A stretch of 61,262 nt of DNA, counting the filler, from Porpidia crustulata (taxonomy: Eukaryota), in assembly GCA_964255105.1 (NCBI GenBank). It is 11 parts of 11 records of this genome, joined end to end, with 100 filler letters (N's around TTAATTAATTAA, not from the genome) between each part and the next. Parts side by side here need not be neighbours in the genome. Positions count along the whole stretch, not along the records: positions 50,229 to 55,696 come from CAXUWE010001801.1; positions 55,797 to 61,262 come from CAXUWE010001802.1; 9 more parts are not named here. The stretch is one strand, 5' to 3'. Positions 50,766 to 61,262 of this stretch are shown here, in pieces; the stretch's first letter is position 1; the number at the start of each line of letters is the position of its first letter. The notes beneath the pieces were generated by a model. The model made no database searches. It saw nothing but the letters and a program-made list of their open reading frames with translations, and was not told the origin of the DNA. The position numbers were made by a program, and so were the translations under genes.

Positions 50766-53321
50766 ATGGCAGGACTTGAAGCCAAGCTTCACCATGTTAT
50801 TGCTGATCCAGAAGACCCTAAAACCCTTAGGATGGAAGGAACCAAGGAGAAGGAGAAGGAGGATACAGACCCGGCTCGCGATGAACAAAGGGATGCGGAC
50901 CACGATACCCGTTGGTCAAAGCTCTCGGAGGCAAAGCAGGCAAGGCTTCTCGAACTGTGCTTCTCGAAGCTGTTCGGTATCCCAAAGCCGGAGGCGCGAA
51001 ATTTGCCCGAGGAACCTTCCAAACGCTGGATGATGCAGACCCCTTGCACTTCCGAACCGGGAGAGCCAGGGCATCTCTGCGAGATTTGCCGCTACGTTGA
51101 CTTCCAATACCCGGTCGATTGCCCCCTTACGCAAGTCCTGGAGAACTTCATGTTGTTTCCGCTGAAATGGGCTCTGCTGCGTGAGGACGACTGTGCATTC
51201 TGCCGCTTGGTCGCGAAGACGATAAGAGGTGCTTTGAGGGAACGGCAGGTCGTGACTGAAGCCCGGGGAAAGGATGTCATGTGTGATTTCAGGATGGTGC
51301 CCAAGGCAGTGATTCCTGGTGGTCGCGCTGAGATGATCCTCATACTGGTTCCACAGCCTAAGGGTATTAATGACTTTAGTCATTTGATATTGTCCGAATA
51401 TCATGCCGAGAAAGATGTGATGACGAGGATGATAAACCATGGTCTCTCTGTTGAGAGCCCGCGAGTTGACTGTGAGTTGATCAAAAGATGGTGTCATCGC
51501 TGTGTGAGTGGGCAGTGTGGATCAAACGCTTCGGTTGTGCAAGACCGGGATTTACCGCAAGGGTTCCGCTTGATAGATGTCAGCCAGCAATGTGTTGTTG
51601 CTTATAAGCATGGTGTTCAGTATATGACTCTTAGCTACGTCTGGGGTGGGGTGGCGACATTGCGAAACACAAAAGCTCTCTGCGAAGATCTAGCCGTGAG
51701 TGGAGCTCTCATTCATGAAGATCAAAGGTTGACAAAGACCATCAAAGATGAGATGACGATTGTATATATGCTTGGTGAAAGATACCTTTGGGTTGATAGT
51801 CTTTGCATTATTCAAGACGACGAAGACAATAAAGCTATTCAGATCGCCGCCATGGATCAGATATATAGCTCATCAGTACTCACCATAGCCGCTGCGTCAG
51901 GAGATAATGCTGATGCTGGCTTACCGGGCATGAGCCCTGGACCTCGTACTTTCCAAAGGCACATCGACAATGTACAAGGTCTCTATTTCGCAAACCTTCC
52001 ACGAAGATTTGATGCAACGATCAGCAAGTCGGTATGGAACAGCCGTGCTTGGACATTACAAGAGAAGGTTTCATCACCAAGAGTCCTCTATTTCAGTGCC
52101 CAGAGATGCTTTTTCACGTGCCATCACAGTCAAGTCAGCTTTCTGGAGAGTGACGACACCATCGAAAATGGTCTCGAAAGACCCAAATGGTCAGGAAATC
52201 TTGGCGATGGCAACGTTAATTTAATCCCCACAACTCAAATTGTCAACATCATCGCCTATCGTCGAGTAGTCCAAGCATACACATCCCGCCACCTGACTTT
52301 CTCCTCAGATATCCTCCTCGCCTTCAAAGCCCTCGAAGCTCGCTTCCATCCTCTTTTCCGCACCGACTTCCTCTTCGGTCTACCGCGCTCCGAGCTCGAC
52401 TCCCAGCTCCTCTGGCAGCCCGGCGGCCCACTCAAATGACGGCGTGACCCAAAAACGAACCTCCCAAGCTTCCCCACCTGGAGCTGGGCCGGTTGGGTCG
52501 GAAAAGCATACTGCAACGACGACGAGAACCTCTCTCGAATCGAATGGATCGAAGCAGACGGGACCCGGTTCTCCAACCAAGACTTCCGCTTCCCGGCCGG
52601 AGCGAACGCAGACGTATACACGCGGCTAGGGTACCGCAACCAGTGGGGCGGCGCTTTGCAGCAAGGCGTGCCTTACTACATGGAAAAGAGCAGGCCCGAG
52701 CGATACTTCTTCCACCCGACCGCGCCAGAAGAGGAACGCATGTTAGGCTCCAATCCGAAGGCCGGGACGAATCATCTCGTGTTTGCGGCGGAGACGACGA
52801 GTGCGCTGCAAGTCGAGTTCGGGCATTATTGGGCCATGAGTGTCTATGAGCACAAAAGCACAGGCTGCGACGACGCCGAGAAGGACGAACATGTCGTGTG
52901 CCCCCTCGTGATACACGACAAGGACGATTTTGTTGCCGGCTACGTCCTGGTCCCTGCCGAGCTGTCTACGAAAATGAAGGAGGACGACGACTATGAAGGC
53001 AGGTACGAGCTCATCAGGATATCGCCCACGAAACCAAACGAGCAGACGGAACGGGGGGAGGAGGATCCCGATCTGCTGGTTGATGAGGAGGCGGTTACGA
53101 TGGAGAAAACTTCGTTCCCAGATCGCCCGGATGTAGAGAAATCTACACACTCTTGCGCGTGTGATCAGCGTCGGTTCGATGTAAGCAAGCCTTGGTGTTT
53201 GTATAATGTCATGCTGGTGGAGTGGGAGGCACAGGTTGCGTATCGGATGGGCCTTGGGACGGTGCATATTGATGCGTGGGCGCAGGCGAAACCGAGGGAG
53301 AAGATCATTACTCTTGGATGA
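50766..53321 (+). pseudogene. HET-domain (heterokaryon incompatibility, TOL-like) gene with one in-frame TGA at 52437..52439: null allele or readthrough gene
   Basis: HET motifs RLIDV, YMTLSYVWGG, ERYLWVDSLCIIQDD, QIAAMDQIYSS, WNSRAWTLQE. The frame continues past the TGA as RRDPKTNLPSFPTWSWAGW into ORF 52656..53321 (YNVMLVEW...AYRMGLGTVH). Confidence 0.88.
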
Positions 53322-53749
53322 TGATGATGAGGATATATGATTTCCCCGAACCTAGGCTAATACGCGACCTCCTGCTGACTCGGGCCTCGCCGCTTTGCTC
53401 GCCCATTAAAGCCCGTTTCGGCTATCTGCTTCTTTGGTGCTCTTTCCTGCTCCCCCTATACTTGACGGTGAGGCGGATCGGGAACGAGCGATTCAGGAAG
53501 CGGTGTTTGGGAAAACGGGGGATTTACCGGCTTCTATCATGGGAAGCACATGCTCGTAACATCACTCCGACCCGCCGATCCAAATGGCATAGATATTAAA
53601 CCGTATAGACTGAAACCCGGAAAAATAAAAGAGTTCAAAATTGACGCACCAAGCATTCATTCTCTTCAAAGCTCTTGAACTGCTATCTACGTTCACGAGT
53701 AAGCATCAAATCGCAGACCTCATCCAATTTCCTACACCACCTCCCAATC

Positions 53750-55250
53750 GAAAGCGCGCAGCCAATCCGGGTTCTTCGACGAACGACCGCCGGGGAGTCA
53801 CGCCAAAAGTCAGTCGCAAGACATTTCTCGAATACCGTCGACCCCATGCGGGAACGGAGTTTTTTACCTGGCAGATCCGAAGGGGCTTCTTGACGCAGCG
53901 AGTAAGGGCCGTTACGTGGCGTCCCAAGCTGTTCCTTTGTCCGAAGCTGAGGCTTTGGATATTGGGAGATTGTAGATTTCTTCTTCCGCTCTTGAGTTGA
54001 GTCTAGCCTCGATGTAACCGTTTAAGATTTAACGTTTTCGTTTCATGCTCGTCTTCATTGTTCGGATTAGGCTCGTCCGGAAATTCCGGTCTTGCGAAGC
54101 ACATGTCTCAGCGTCAAGTTTTTACTTTTCTCATCGAAAGTGATTTTTAAGCTCTCAGAAATTGAGTTTAAAGAGATTAAAGAATTATTCAAAGAACGAA
54201 AGAAAATACAGATTCTTTCACATGTCGATTTGCAGAAAAATCAAATTAACTAAGTTGTAATCATGTCTTAATATATAAACGTTCTGCATAACACCAAGCC
54301 CAAAACTTCTCTAGAAGATAAATAATCAGACTGCCGATGTAAAACGACGTCAAAAATCCCATTGATACCAAGCCAAACTTCCATTGACTGTGAAAGATAT
54401 CGTGCGGCATCGAAACCGGTGATATAAAGGCCTTTTCCTCTATCACAAGTGTTCGCAGGATGAGATATCCCTTTTCCCAGGAAGAAATGAACATTTTTTT
54501 TTGGAAGAAATGTCTCTCTGTGAAGCGAAACAGTGCTGTGCATTTCATGCAACGAACGCATTGGATGATTTCGTCGCGAGGGAAATTTTCTTGCGTCGAC
54601 ATCTGGAGGTTCTTTAGAGCGCTGATCGTCCAAATTTTAACAGATCATGTAGACTGACAGATCGTTCGAGCGAATCCGCCGCCGCTACTGGTAACTCGTA
54701 GACTCAATTAAAATAACGTCGTCCGTGATAATGCTTGAGCATGTCATTGCGATAAACCCCAAAGAGCGACGCTCTTTTAAAAGCACACATAGCTCTTTCA
54801 TCCGATTTATCTAGCGTATCTTTTGGACTGAAATCATCATCTTCCGTGCTATCTAGTGTAGCGCAAACGCCTCAAAACTCTCCACATTACACTCTTGTAG
54901 GCTTGTATGCGGCTTAGAGAAAGTTCCCAATTCGGATGTCCTCGCCGTCATAATTGATGTATTTTTTTCTTCGATTGAGAGATCGAGAGATTACGGGTGA
55001 GCTTCCCCGAATGTTTGGAGGAAAGTTTGGCAGTCGATGATGTTGGCAGATATCTAGAGATTGAAGGTCATTTGTTAGAAGGGCCTTTTGAACTTTGTGC
55101 TGTCGGTGAAGAATATTGCAAGAGTCTCTCGGATGTCGCGGTTTCATCAAAGTGGCCAAGACATCCGCGGCAATGGCCTTTGTTGGCACTCTCCTTTGGG
55201 AGTAAACAATGGAGACTATCATTATGATATCGAATATGGGTCTAGGAGCA
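53750..55250 (-). pseudogene. Degenerate relic of a fungal kinase-like gene of the HeLo (HET-s/LopB)-associated type; boundaries approximate
   Basis: Ordered fragments across frameshifts: VYELP...SVSLHDLL; PPDVDAR; SLHEMHSTVSLHR...KNVHFF; LYITGFDAAR; VLHRQ; YILRHDYNLVNLIF/LQIDM*K. These resemble the family motifs LHK.I.S.NILFF, Y..GF..AR, YRHP and HD.YSLG..LLEIG.W. Confidence 0.55.
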
Positions 55251-55696
55251 TTTCCAAACCTTTCCGATCTTTGTCTACCTACTGGAACTTCTTACAGATT
55301 GATATCGACGCCTGAACTTGGTTGTTTCTATTTCGAATCTCTTTCAGTGACTGCGGTGGAAATCTTCAACCTTGCAACTCGTATATCCTCCAAACTCTTC
55401 TTCCAAATGAAATCCATCCCAGATCAGCCCAACACCCGTACACTCCCACTCCAGCAGCGATGACCCCTCTAGCAAGTAAAAGCCCCCAGGACCTGCGACC
55501 ACGATATTCCACATCATTCTTCTTCTTTTTAGAACATAAAAATATATATAATCCCTCTTCTGGATAGTCTTGAGATACACCGTCGGGTCCCCAGAACCTT
55601 TGATCACGGCTCTTGAGACTCTTAATTCAGTCTCTAGAGGCCCTGCTCAAACCCCCCCTTCATCTTTCTCTCGAGGCGATAGATCTACCCTTAAAT

Positions 55697-55796
55697 NNNN
55701 NNNNNNNNNNNNNNNNNNNNNNNNNNNNNNNNNNNNNNNNTTAATTAATTAANNNNNNNNNNNNNNNNNNNNNNNNNNNNNNNNNNNNNNNNNNNN
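55697..55796. other. Artificial contig linker
   Basis: N44-TTAATTAATTAA-N44. Confidence 0.98.
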
Positions 55797-56149
55797 GGTG
55801 GGCTTTTTGTGTTTTTTTGGGGGTGGTGGGGTGTGCGTGGGGGGTGGGGGTTGGTAGGATGGTGTGGTCGTTCACGGTGGTGTGACTGCGGGTGCATCCA
55901 CGATGGGATGGCTGAGTGCGCGAGGAGAGAGGTGTGTGTGTGACGCGTGTTTCCCGGCTTGGGGGGAGGAATGTTCTATTTAAGTTGTTTAGAGTTGCAG
56001 AGAGGTGATGCTGGAGCTTTGTAGAAGCGTCGTTGAAGGAGCTGCAGCGTTACGAAAAATCAATCTACTCATCAGTCAAATTCTCAAATCAACCATACTT
56101 CACTTTTCTCTGGCACCGAGTCCATTTTCTTTGTGGTCCGTACACCGGA

Positions 56150-56413
56150 ATGAGCACAAACAGACCTCTTGACCCAGAGCAGCCAGCTGCTGCATCAACA
56201 ACTCATCGACATTTGGACCGTGAAACAGCTTTGGCAGACGTCTCACCCTCGACGGCAGTCGCACTCGCTTGGACATCACTAACGTTAGCGCACAAATACT
56301 GCCACTGCGGCCTATGGAATTCCCACTCCTTTGGCCGGTGGTGCTGTATCTGCCAGCATGGACATTGCGGGAGCTGTCGGATTCTTTATGATCGTTGGCT
56401 TGTGAAAGGATAA
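56150..56413 (+). CDS. Small (87 aa) Cys/His-rich putative zinc-ribbon protein
   Basis: C-terminal YCHCGLWNSHSFGRWCCICQHGHCGSC cluster; ATG at 56150. Confidence 0.5.
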   Translation: MSTNRPLDPEQPAAASTTHRHLDRETALADVSPSTAVALAWTSLTLAHKYCHCGLWNSHSFGRWCCICQHGHCGSCRILYDRWLVKG

Positions 56414-59400
56414 GGTAATGTTTGAAGGGCAGAATGAGAAAATTGGAGAGATTGCTGAGTAGCTCCGGTAGTCAGCAGCTGGGCTTCTGAGGATTTGAAG
56501 GAAGGCGTGAAGAAATGATAGGAGATGCAAGTGCGACTCCTAGATTAGAGTGATACCGAAAGAAAGAAAGGGAGAGCACGTTTTCCTGAATTTGTTAATT
56601 TGCTAGTAGAAAATGAGCTATAACACAAACGACATTGAGTGGCAGGGCTTCACAACCGGGTCGCCGGATCAATGTGTCTGTTGACAAATTTGGTTTTTTG
56701 GTATATACCTATGCTTTTTCTTGGCTGTATAGATTACATAGTTGATGAAGACATCAAGACTGGATATTGCGAATAGGCTCATCACGATAGATCGGGTCGG
56801 TCAACACAGGTCGGACCATATCAGCCATTCCTTTTTCCCACAACGTTTGAGCTGACAAATAGTAGTTTTTCCTAGGTCTTTCAATGAGGGATTTTCTTTC
56901 TCCTCGCGCGCTTCATCCGAGACCAATTTCAACGACCTTACTATTGAAAGCAATTTCGCGGGGTTGATTAGAGTAAATCAAATTCTTAATTGAACTGACA
57001 ACGGAAAATTCAAAGTTCGAACCGTTGATATGAACTCAATGGTATGATGTGGAATTTTTCAACGGCGAACCATGAAAAGGACTTCAAGCCAGCCCACAAG
57101 CGCCAAGGTGAAGGAATTAGAACCTGAAGTCTATCGAAAAGGAGTTGACCTAGTCCCAAGACGATGAAGTGAAGTTTACATTGCGAGGATTTGTTGCATA
57201 GCAGTCCAAAGCCAGCAGCCGGCCAAGCGGGAGTTGTATGAGAAGCGCAACCTGACTTCGGGAGCCCCCACGACTTTAGATGACAGCTTCCAGGTTTAAA
57301 ACAAGGGGGAAGACGCCAAAACAAAGCTCTGGCCGTGGGGAGATAGCAGCGTGTTCCCCGAAATGGCGTGGGCGAGGAAACTCACCGTCGAAAATTTCCG
57401 ACGGAGAAAGGAGCAGCGATGCTGTCTCTGACAACTTGCTAGCGTGCAAAGACCCTGATCTCTGGGAATCAAGCGGACGTGGTATGGGGAAGAGATAACG
57501 AGAGCTTGAGCCGTTTCATTATTATGGGACCATGTCTACGGTGTCTTGAAGTGTCTCAGATGTCTCGACGGGAAACTCTGATCTCGCGTGGACTGTTTCT
57601 GCTATTCTCTAGGCGATACCGTCGTTTGGCGATTCGAGATAGAGTGCAGTTCTTAGTGGTTCCCGACGATGGAGTTCCTGGGGTTGGAGTCGTGCCCAAG
57701 GTTACATCGAGTAGCATGCCGTGCATGCTAGGCAAGCTCAAGGCACAGAAACCTCCGGACTCCTCAAGACCATTGGTAATGATAATTAATATAAAAAGAG
57801 CTTGTCCTACTTACCTTACATTAGCATACTGACTGCACGTGTTATTGCGCTTGAGTGGGATGTTCATAATTAGCGGCTCTCTGCTGAACAAGCCCGTCGA
57901 ACGATGAGGCAAGTACCTTAGCTTCTTAGTATTTCATAAGCGATGGAACAAGCTAGAGTAGTAAATTATGTACGGAATTATGGAAAGCCTTAATCTACAG
58001 CCTTGCGAGTAAACAGAGTACGTGAGTACTATGTATTGCTACTACCTACTACTTATGCAAGCTGTAGACGAACGGCCAGATTCGATCTACTCAGGACACT
58101 GAAGGAGACCAGTTCGGTGATTGGCAAATGGGCAATGAAAGGGTCCTTATCGGACGATATCTACACGCCCATTCGCGCCCACTAACCTACCAATTTATTC
58201 GGTTCCGAGGGAGTGTTTTACATGCAAATCAGTCCATTGATTCGGGAGGACTTTCCGACGACTTGACCTGTCGTGTGGATGAGGAAGAAATTGGGAGACG
58301 GAGGGAGAGGAAGAGGAAGCTGATCCCAGTCGCTCAAACTCAATTCAACCCTTGTAACGCACAATCGCTTATATTCATCCTACTATGTACTTCCTTCTCT
58401 AAGGGCCAATAATCTATAAGCCCTTACGAGGCATGTCAGCGATACGAGTAGATAGACTGCTGAATATTGAGGCAAAATGGCAATTTGCTACTGCCAGACG
58501 GAGGAATTCCAGCGAGGCACAGTACATACATTCATTGCACAGCAGCAAGATACAAACAAGGCAGACGCAAGTCTTCAACGCATGCTTATTTGCCATGTGT
58601 GAGCAGACCAACAGAGCGGTATGATATCTCAAGAACTGGTTGGCTTCCAGCAAATCGCTGCGCAATCGTTGCATTACCAATATGCATGCAAGAGGCTTCA
58701 TTGCGTAGCACATATAATGGTGTAATCGAAGCCAACTTTCAACTCTCATCATGACAATGATATGCTCATTCTTTTTTTGAAATGGATCTTTATTTGATTT
58801 TACAGATGTCTGGATATCGTCGTGGCGGTAACAGCAGTGAGGCACTGATAGCAACGGTTCAACCCCCACCTTCGACGCTATATTCTTACTGCTAGACTGC
58901 TCTGCCACTGATTGGCCCTGCTCTGCCTTTCGAAACACACGTACCGATAGGTCAACTGTCATATGTGCGATGTAGAAGCCTTGTCCATTAGCTGCCTACA
59001 GTAGTATCAACCGTACTACCCACATCCTACGTATTCCGTACATGCGACTCTACTCGATAGAGATCAACCGACGACAGTATTGGCCACACGGCTTGTCAAC
59101 CCTGCATACCATCAGTGCCATCACACAGGTGGCTTGAGGTGCTCCCCCCGACAGCACACTACTCTACTCACCAGCAAATTATGTTTGCCAGTCCCTACCA
59201 GTGCTAACCAGGGCATCGACGGGTAGATATGCAATGCAGCTCACTCGTTCTCAATCATATATGGCTGTATGAAAGTGCAATGACCTAATTTTACTTCCGC
59301 GCCCGCTCGTGCGACTTCAAAATCGGGGCTTTGGCTGATACATCCAACCGGATGGCTGGTGCTACTCATCTGTGCTATGTCGCCCGTGTCTTTCTCATCT

Positions 59401-59450
59401 CTCTGGACCTTCTCCAACGTTCGTAGGGTTATGGTCGCTGCTGGCCGATT

Positions 59451-61262
59451 ATGACGGCTTGGTGGTCTGAAGAGAAAATAAACTGGACTGTGGACAAAGA
59501 GTACATTGAACGGGAGTTGGGTTCGAAAAAACGCCAGGAAAAACTCCATGCAAAACTTGCGTTTGGCGACGGCTTGACGGACGATACCTATCTCGACTGG
59601 ATACTCGAGAGAGGGAGGAGGTTCTTCCTGATCCTGAACTACATTGGAGTGCCCGAGTGGGTATTTGAGACGATTGATAAGTCCTTTGACGATGATGACC
59701 TACCGCTGTCTGAAGCTGCCCTTTGGGACCTCAACCTCTTTGGTGGCAAATCGGAGACGTTGGATAAGAAATTTTATCGGGAACAGTTCAAATTCCTTGT
59801 TCGAGGGCTGGTACCAGGAGGTCATGTCGACTACGATGCCAACGAGGTTGTACCGGTGGATCCGACCGGGAAACGAACCAACGGCTCAACGAACCATGAT
59901 ACAGAAAAGGTCATCGCACAAGATCGAGTATGTACGAGAAAGAAGATTTCAATATCAGGCGACACCGGAATTGATAGAGTCCATTTTGTGATGCATTTAA
60001 AATCCTTGACCACCATCAAACATCCGCATGTCGTTTCGGTATGGGCAGCCTATACACAGGGAGACTTTGGCTATATATTGCTCTACCCCTCGATGGACAT
60101 CAATCTAAAGTCCTTCTTGGACGAACAGCCCAAAAGCTTTAAGAATCTTGATAAGCAAGAGCGTCGTAAAACCCTCCTCCGATGGACCCATTGCCTACCC
60201 TCGGCCCTGGCTTATCTTCATGAGAACGGCTTCACTCATCAGTCCATTCGTCCGTCGAACATTTTCATCGATCACAACTATACCATTTACATATCCGACT
60301 ACGCCGCCCTCAAAGCCCTTGACTCTGATGACAACCCCAAACCCTACAGTTCCGAGCTGTACGAACATGCCGCGCCGGAAAACTGGCTTCGAAAACCATA
60401 CCTCCACGAAACTGAGCCAGCAAAGACCATTGCCCCGGGAGGCGGTCGTACTTCTCGAAGAATTCCTACAACACCAGCTGCACCCCAATCCAATCATCCA
60501 AATTCGAGGCACCGTGGTTCCATCACAACCACCTCTTCTTCGTCGAGCAACTCCCGCCGTCAACATGCTTTAGTCACCACTTTCAACCCTCCGCTCCCAG
60601 TAACCCCACCTTCGTGTCCGGCGGACGTATTCTCGATCACCACCATCCTTTTGCACCTTCTCTCGCTCATCCTCTCCCACACCCCCAAAGCGTCAGCCTT
60701 ACATCGAAGCCGGCACAACCGGCATGCCGGTCGAGGAGGGGCGCCCGCGGATGCGAGTTTCCATGCCAATCTGGTTCAAGTAGGGACGTGGATGGACTTG
60801 CTAGTGAACGATGCAAAGAGTAAGGGCAAAAAAGACAGGAAAAAGGGCAAGGATGACGGTATATGGGGGCCCCTCGGTGGGATCGTTGATGTCTGTCGGA
60901 AAGGCATGCGAAAAGAAGCTCGAGACCGCATATCCGCGCGACAACTCGAGCAGGATATCAGATTCTGGGTTGACAAAGCCCTAGGCCCTGCGGCCCGGAA
61001 TTGCTGCGGCGACGAGCCCGATCCTAGGAACAGCTGGACGTCTCGTGCTGAAATTTACGAATCCTACGCTAATGTGTCCGAGGGAAGCGCTTCCGACGGT
61101 GGAGAGGCTCGACCGAGTGGGGCGTATTTTCCTATACAGGGTATGATGGCGAGTGACACGACGAGTCCGGACAGTGGCATTGATTGGCGACGTGTGCAGA
61201 GCGGCGCGACATCGCCAGAGGAGAATTGGCCATTGCCGGCGAAAATGGGAGGGGATGAGGGG
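59451..61262 (+). CDS. Protein kinase-like protein (probable pseudokinase); open to the window end and absent from the ORF track
   Basis: Frame 3 has no stop from ATG 59451: MTAWWSEEKI...GLTDDTYLDWILERG...HPHVVSVWAAY...LAYLHENGFTHQSIRPSNIFID...ISDYAAL...YEHAAPENW...ADVFSIT. Confidence 0.85.
   Translation, partial: MTAWWSEEKINWTVDKEYIERELGSKKRQEKLHAKLAFGDGLTDDTYLDWILERGRRFFLILNYIGVPEWVFETIDKSFDDDDLPLSEAALWDLNLFGGKSETLDKKFYREQFKFLVRGLVPGGHVDYDANEVVPVDPTGKRTNGSTNHDTEKVIAQDRVCTRKKISISGDTGIDRVHFVMHLKSLTTIKHPHVVSVWAAYTQGDFGYILLYPSMDINLKSFLDEQPKSFKNLDKQERRKTLLRWTHCLPSALAYLHENGFTHQSIRPSNIFIDHNYTIYISDYAALKALDSDDNPKPYSSELYEHAAPENWLRKPYLHETEPAKTIAPGGGRTSRRIPTTPAAPQSNHPNSRHRGSITTTSSSSSNSRRQHALVTTFNPPLPVTPPSCPADVFSITTILLHLLSLILSHTPKASALHRSRHNRHAGRGGAPADASFHANLVQVGTWMDLLVNDAKSKGKKDRKKGKDDGIWGPLGGIVDVCRKGMRKEARDRISARQLEQDIRFWVDKALGPAARNCCGDEPDPRNSWTSRAEIYESYANVSEGSASDGGEARPSGAYFPIQGMMASDTTSPDSGIDWRRVQSGATSPEENWPLPAKMGGDEG

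Noticed and set aside
58414..58962. 182-aa minus-strand ORF and neighbouring frames in 56900..59400
   Set aside because: No recognisable motifs or coding-like composition; cannot be supported as a gene.

Overview
Filamentous ascomycete (Pezizomycotina-type) genomic DNA: intron-containing eukaryotic genes with GT-AG introns and CTRAC/CTAAC branch sites. The window is not contiguous. It is 11 short contigs of about 5.47-5.49 kb in non-increasing length order, joined by artificial 100-bp linkers (44 N + TTAATTAATTAA + 44 N), so only neighbours within a contig are meaningful. Housekeeping genes: gamma-tubulin complex subunit (GCP5-like), GT15 mannosyltransferase, GPI3/PIG-A, DBP6, RNase H2A, Crh GH16, MIF2/CENP-C, cystathionine beta-synthase, Pho80/Pcl cyclin, KRE9, SNU114, ERG10 and a CFEM GPI protein. 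Accessory content: a decayed Ty3/Gypsy element, a class-3 lipase fragment, a membrane-anchored pepsin-like pseudo-protease, a contig of orphan genes broken by stops one C-to-T change from sense codons plus a two-unit minisatellite, and a pseudokinase. The most interesting locus is a HET-domain (heterokaryon incompatibility) gene split by one in-frame TGA in a readthrough-type context (AAA-TGA-CGG followed by a predicted hairpin). It lies convergent with a decayed relic of a kinase-like gene of the HeLo-associated type. No RNA genes or CRISPR arrays were recognised. Family assignments come from motif recognition, not database searches.
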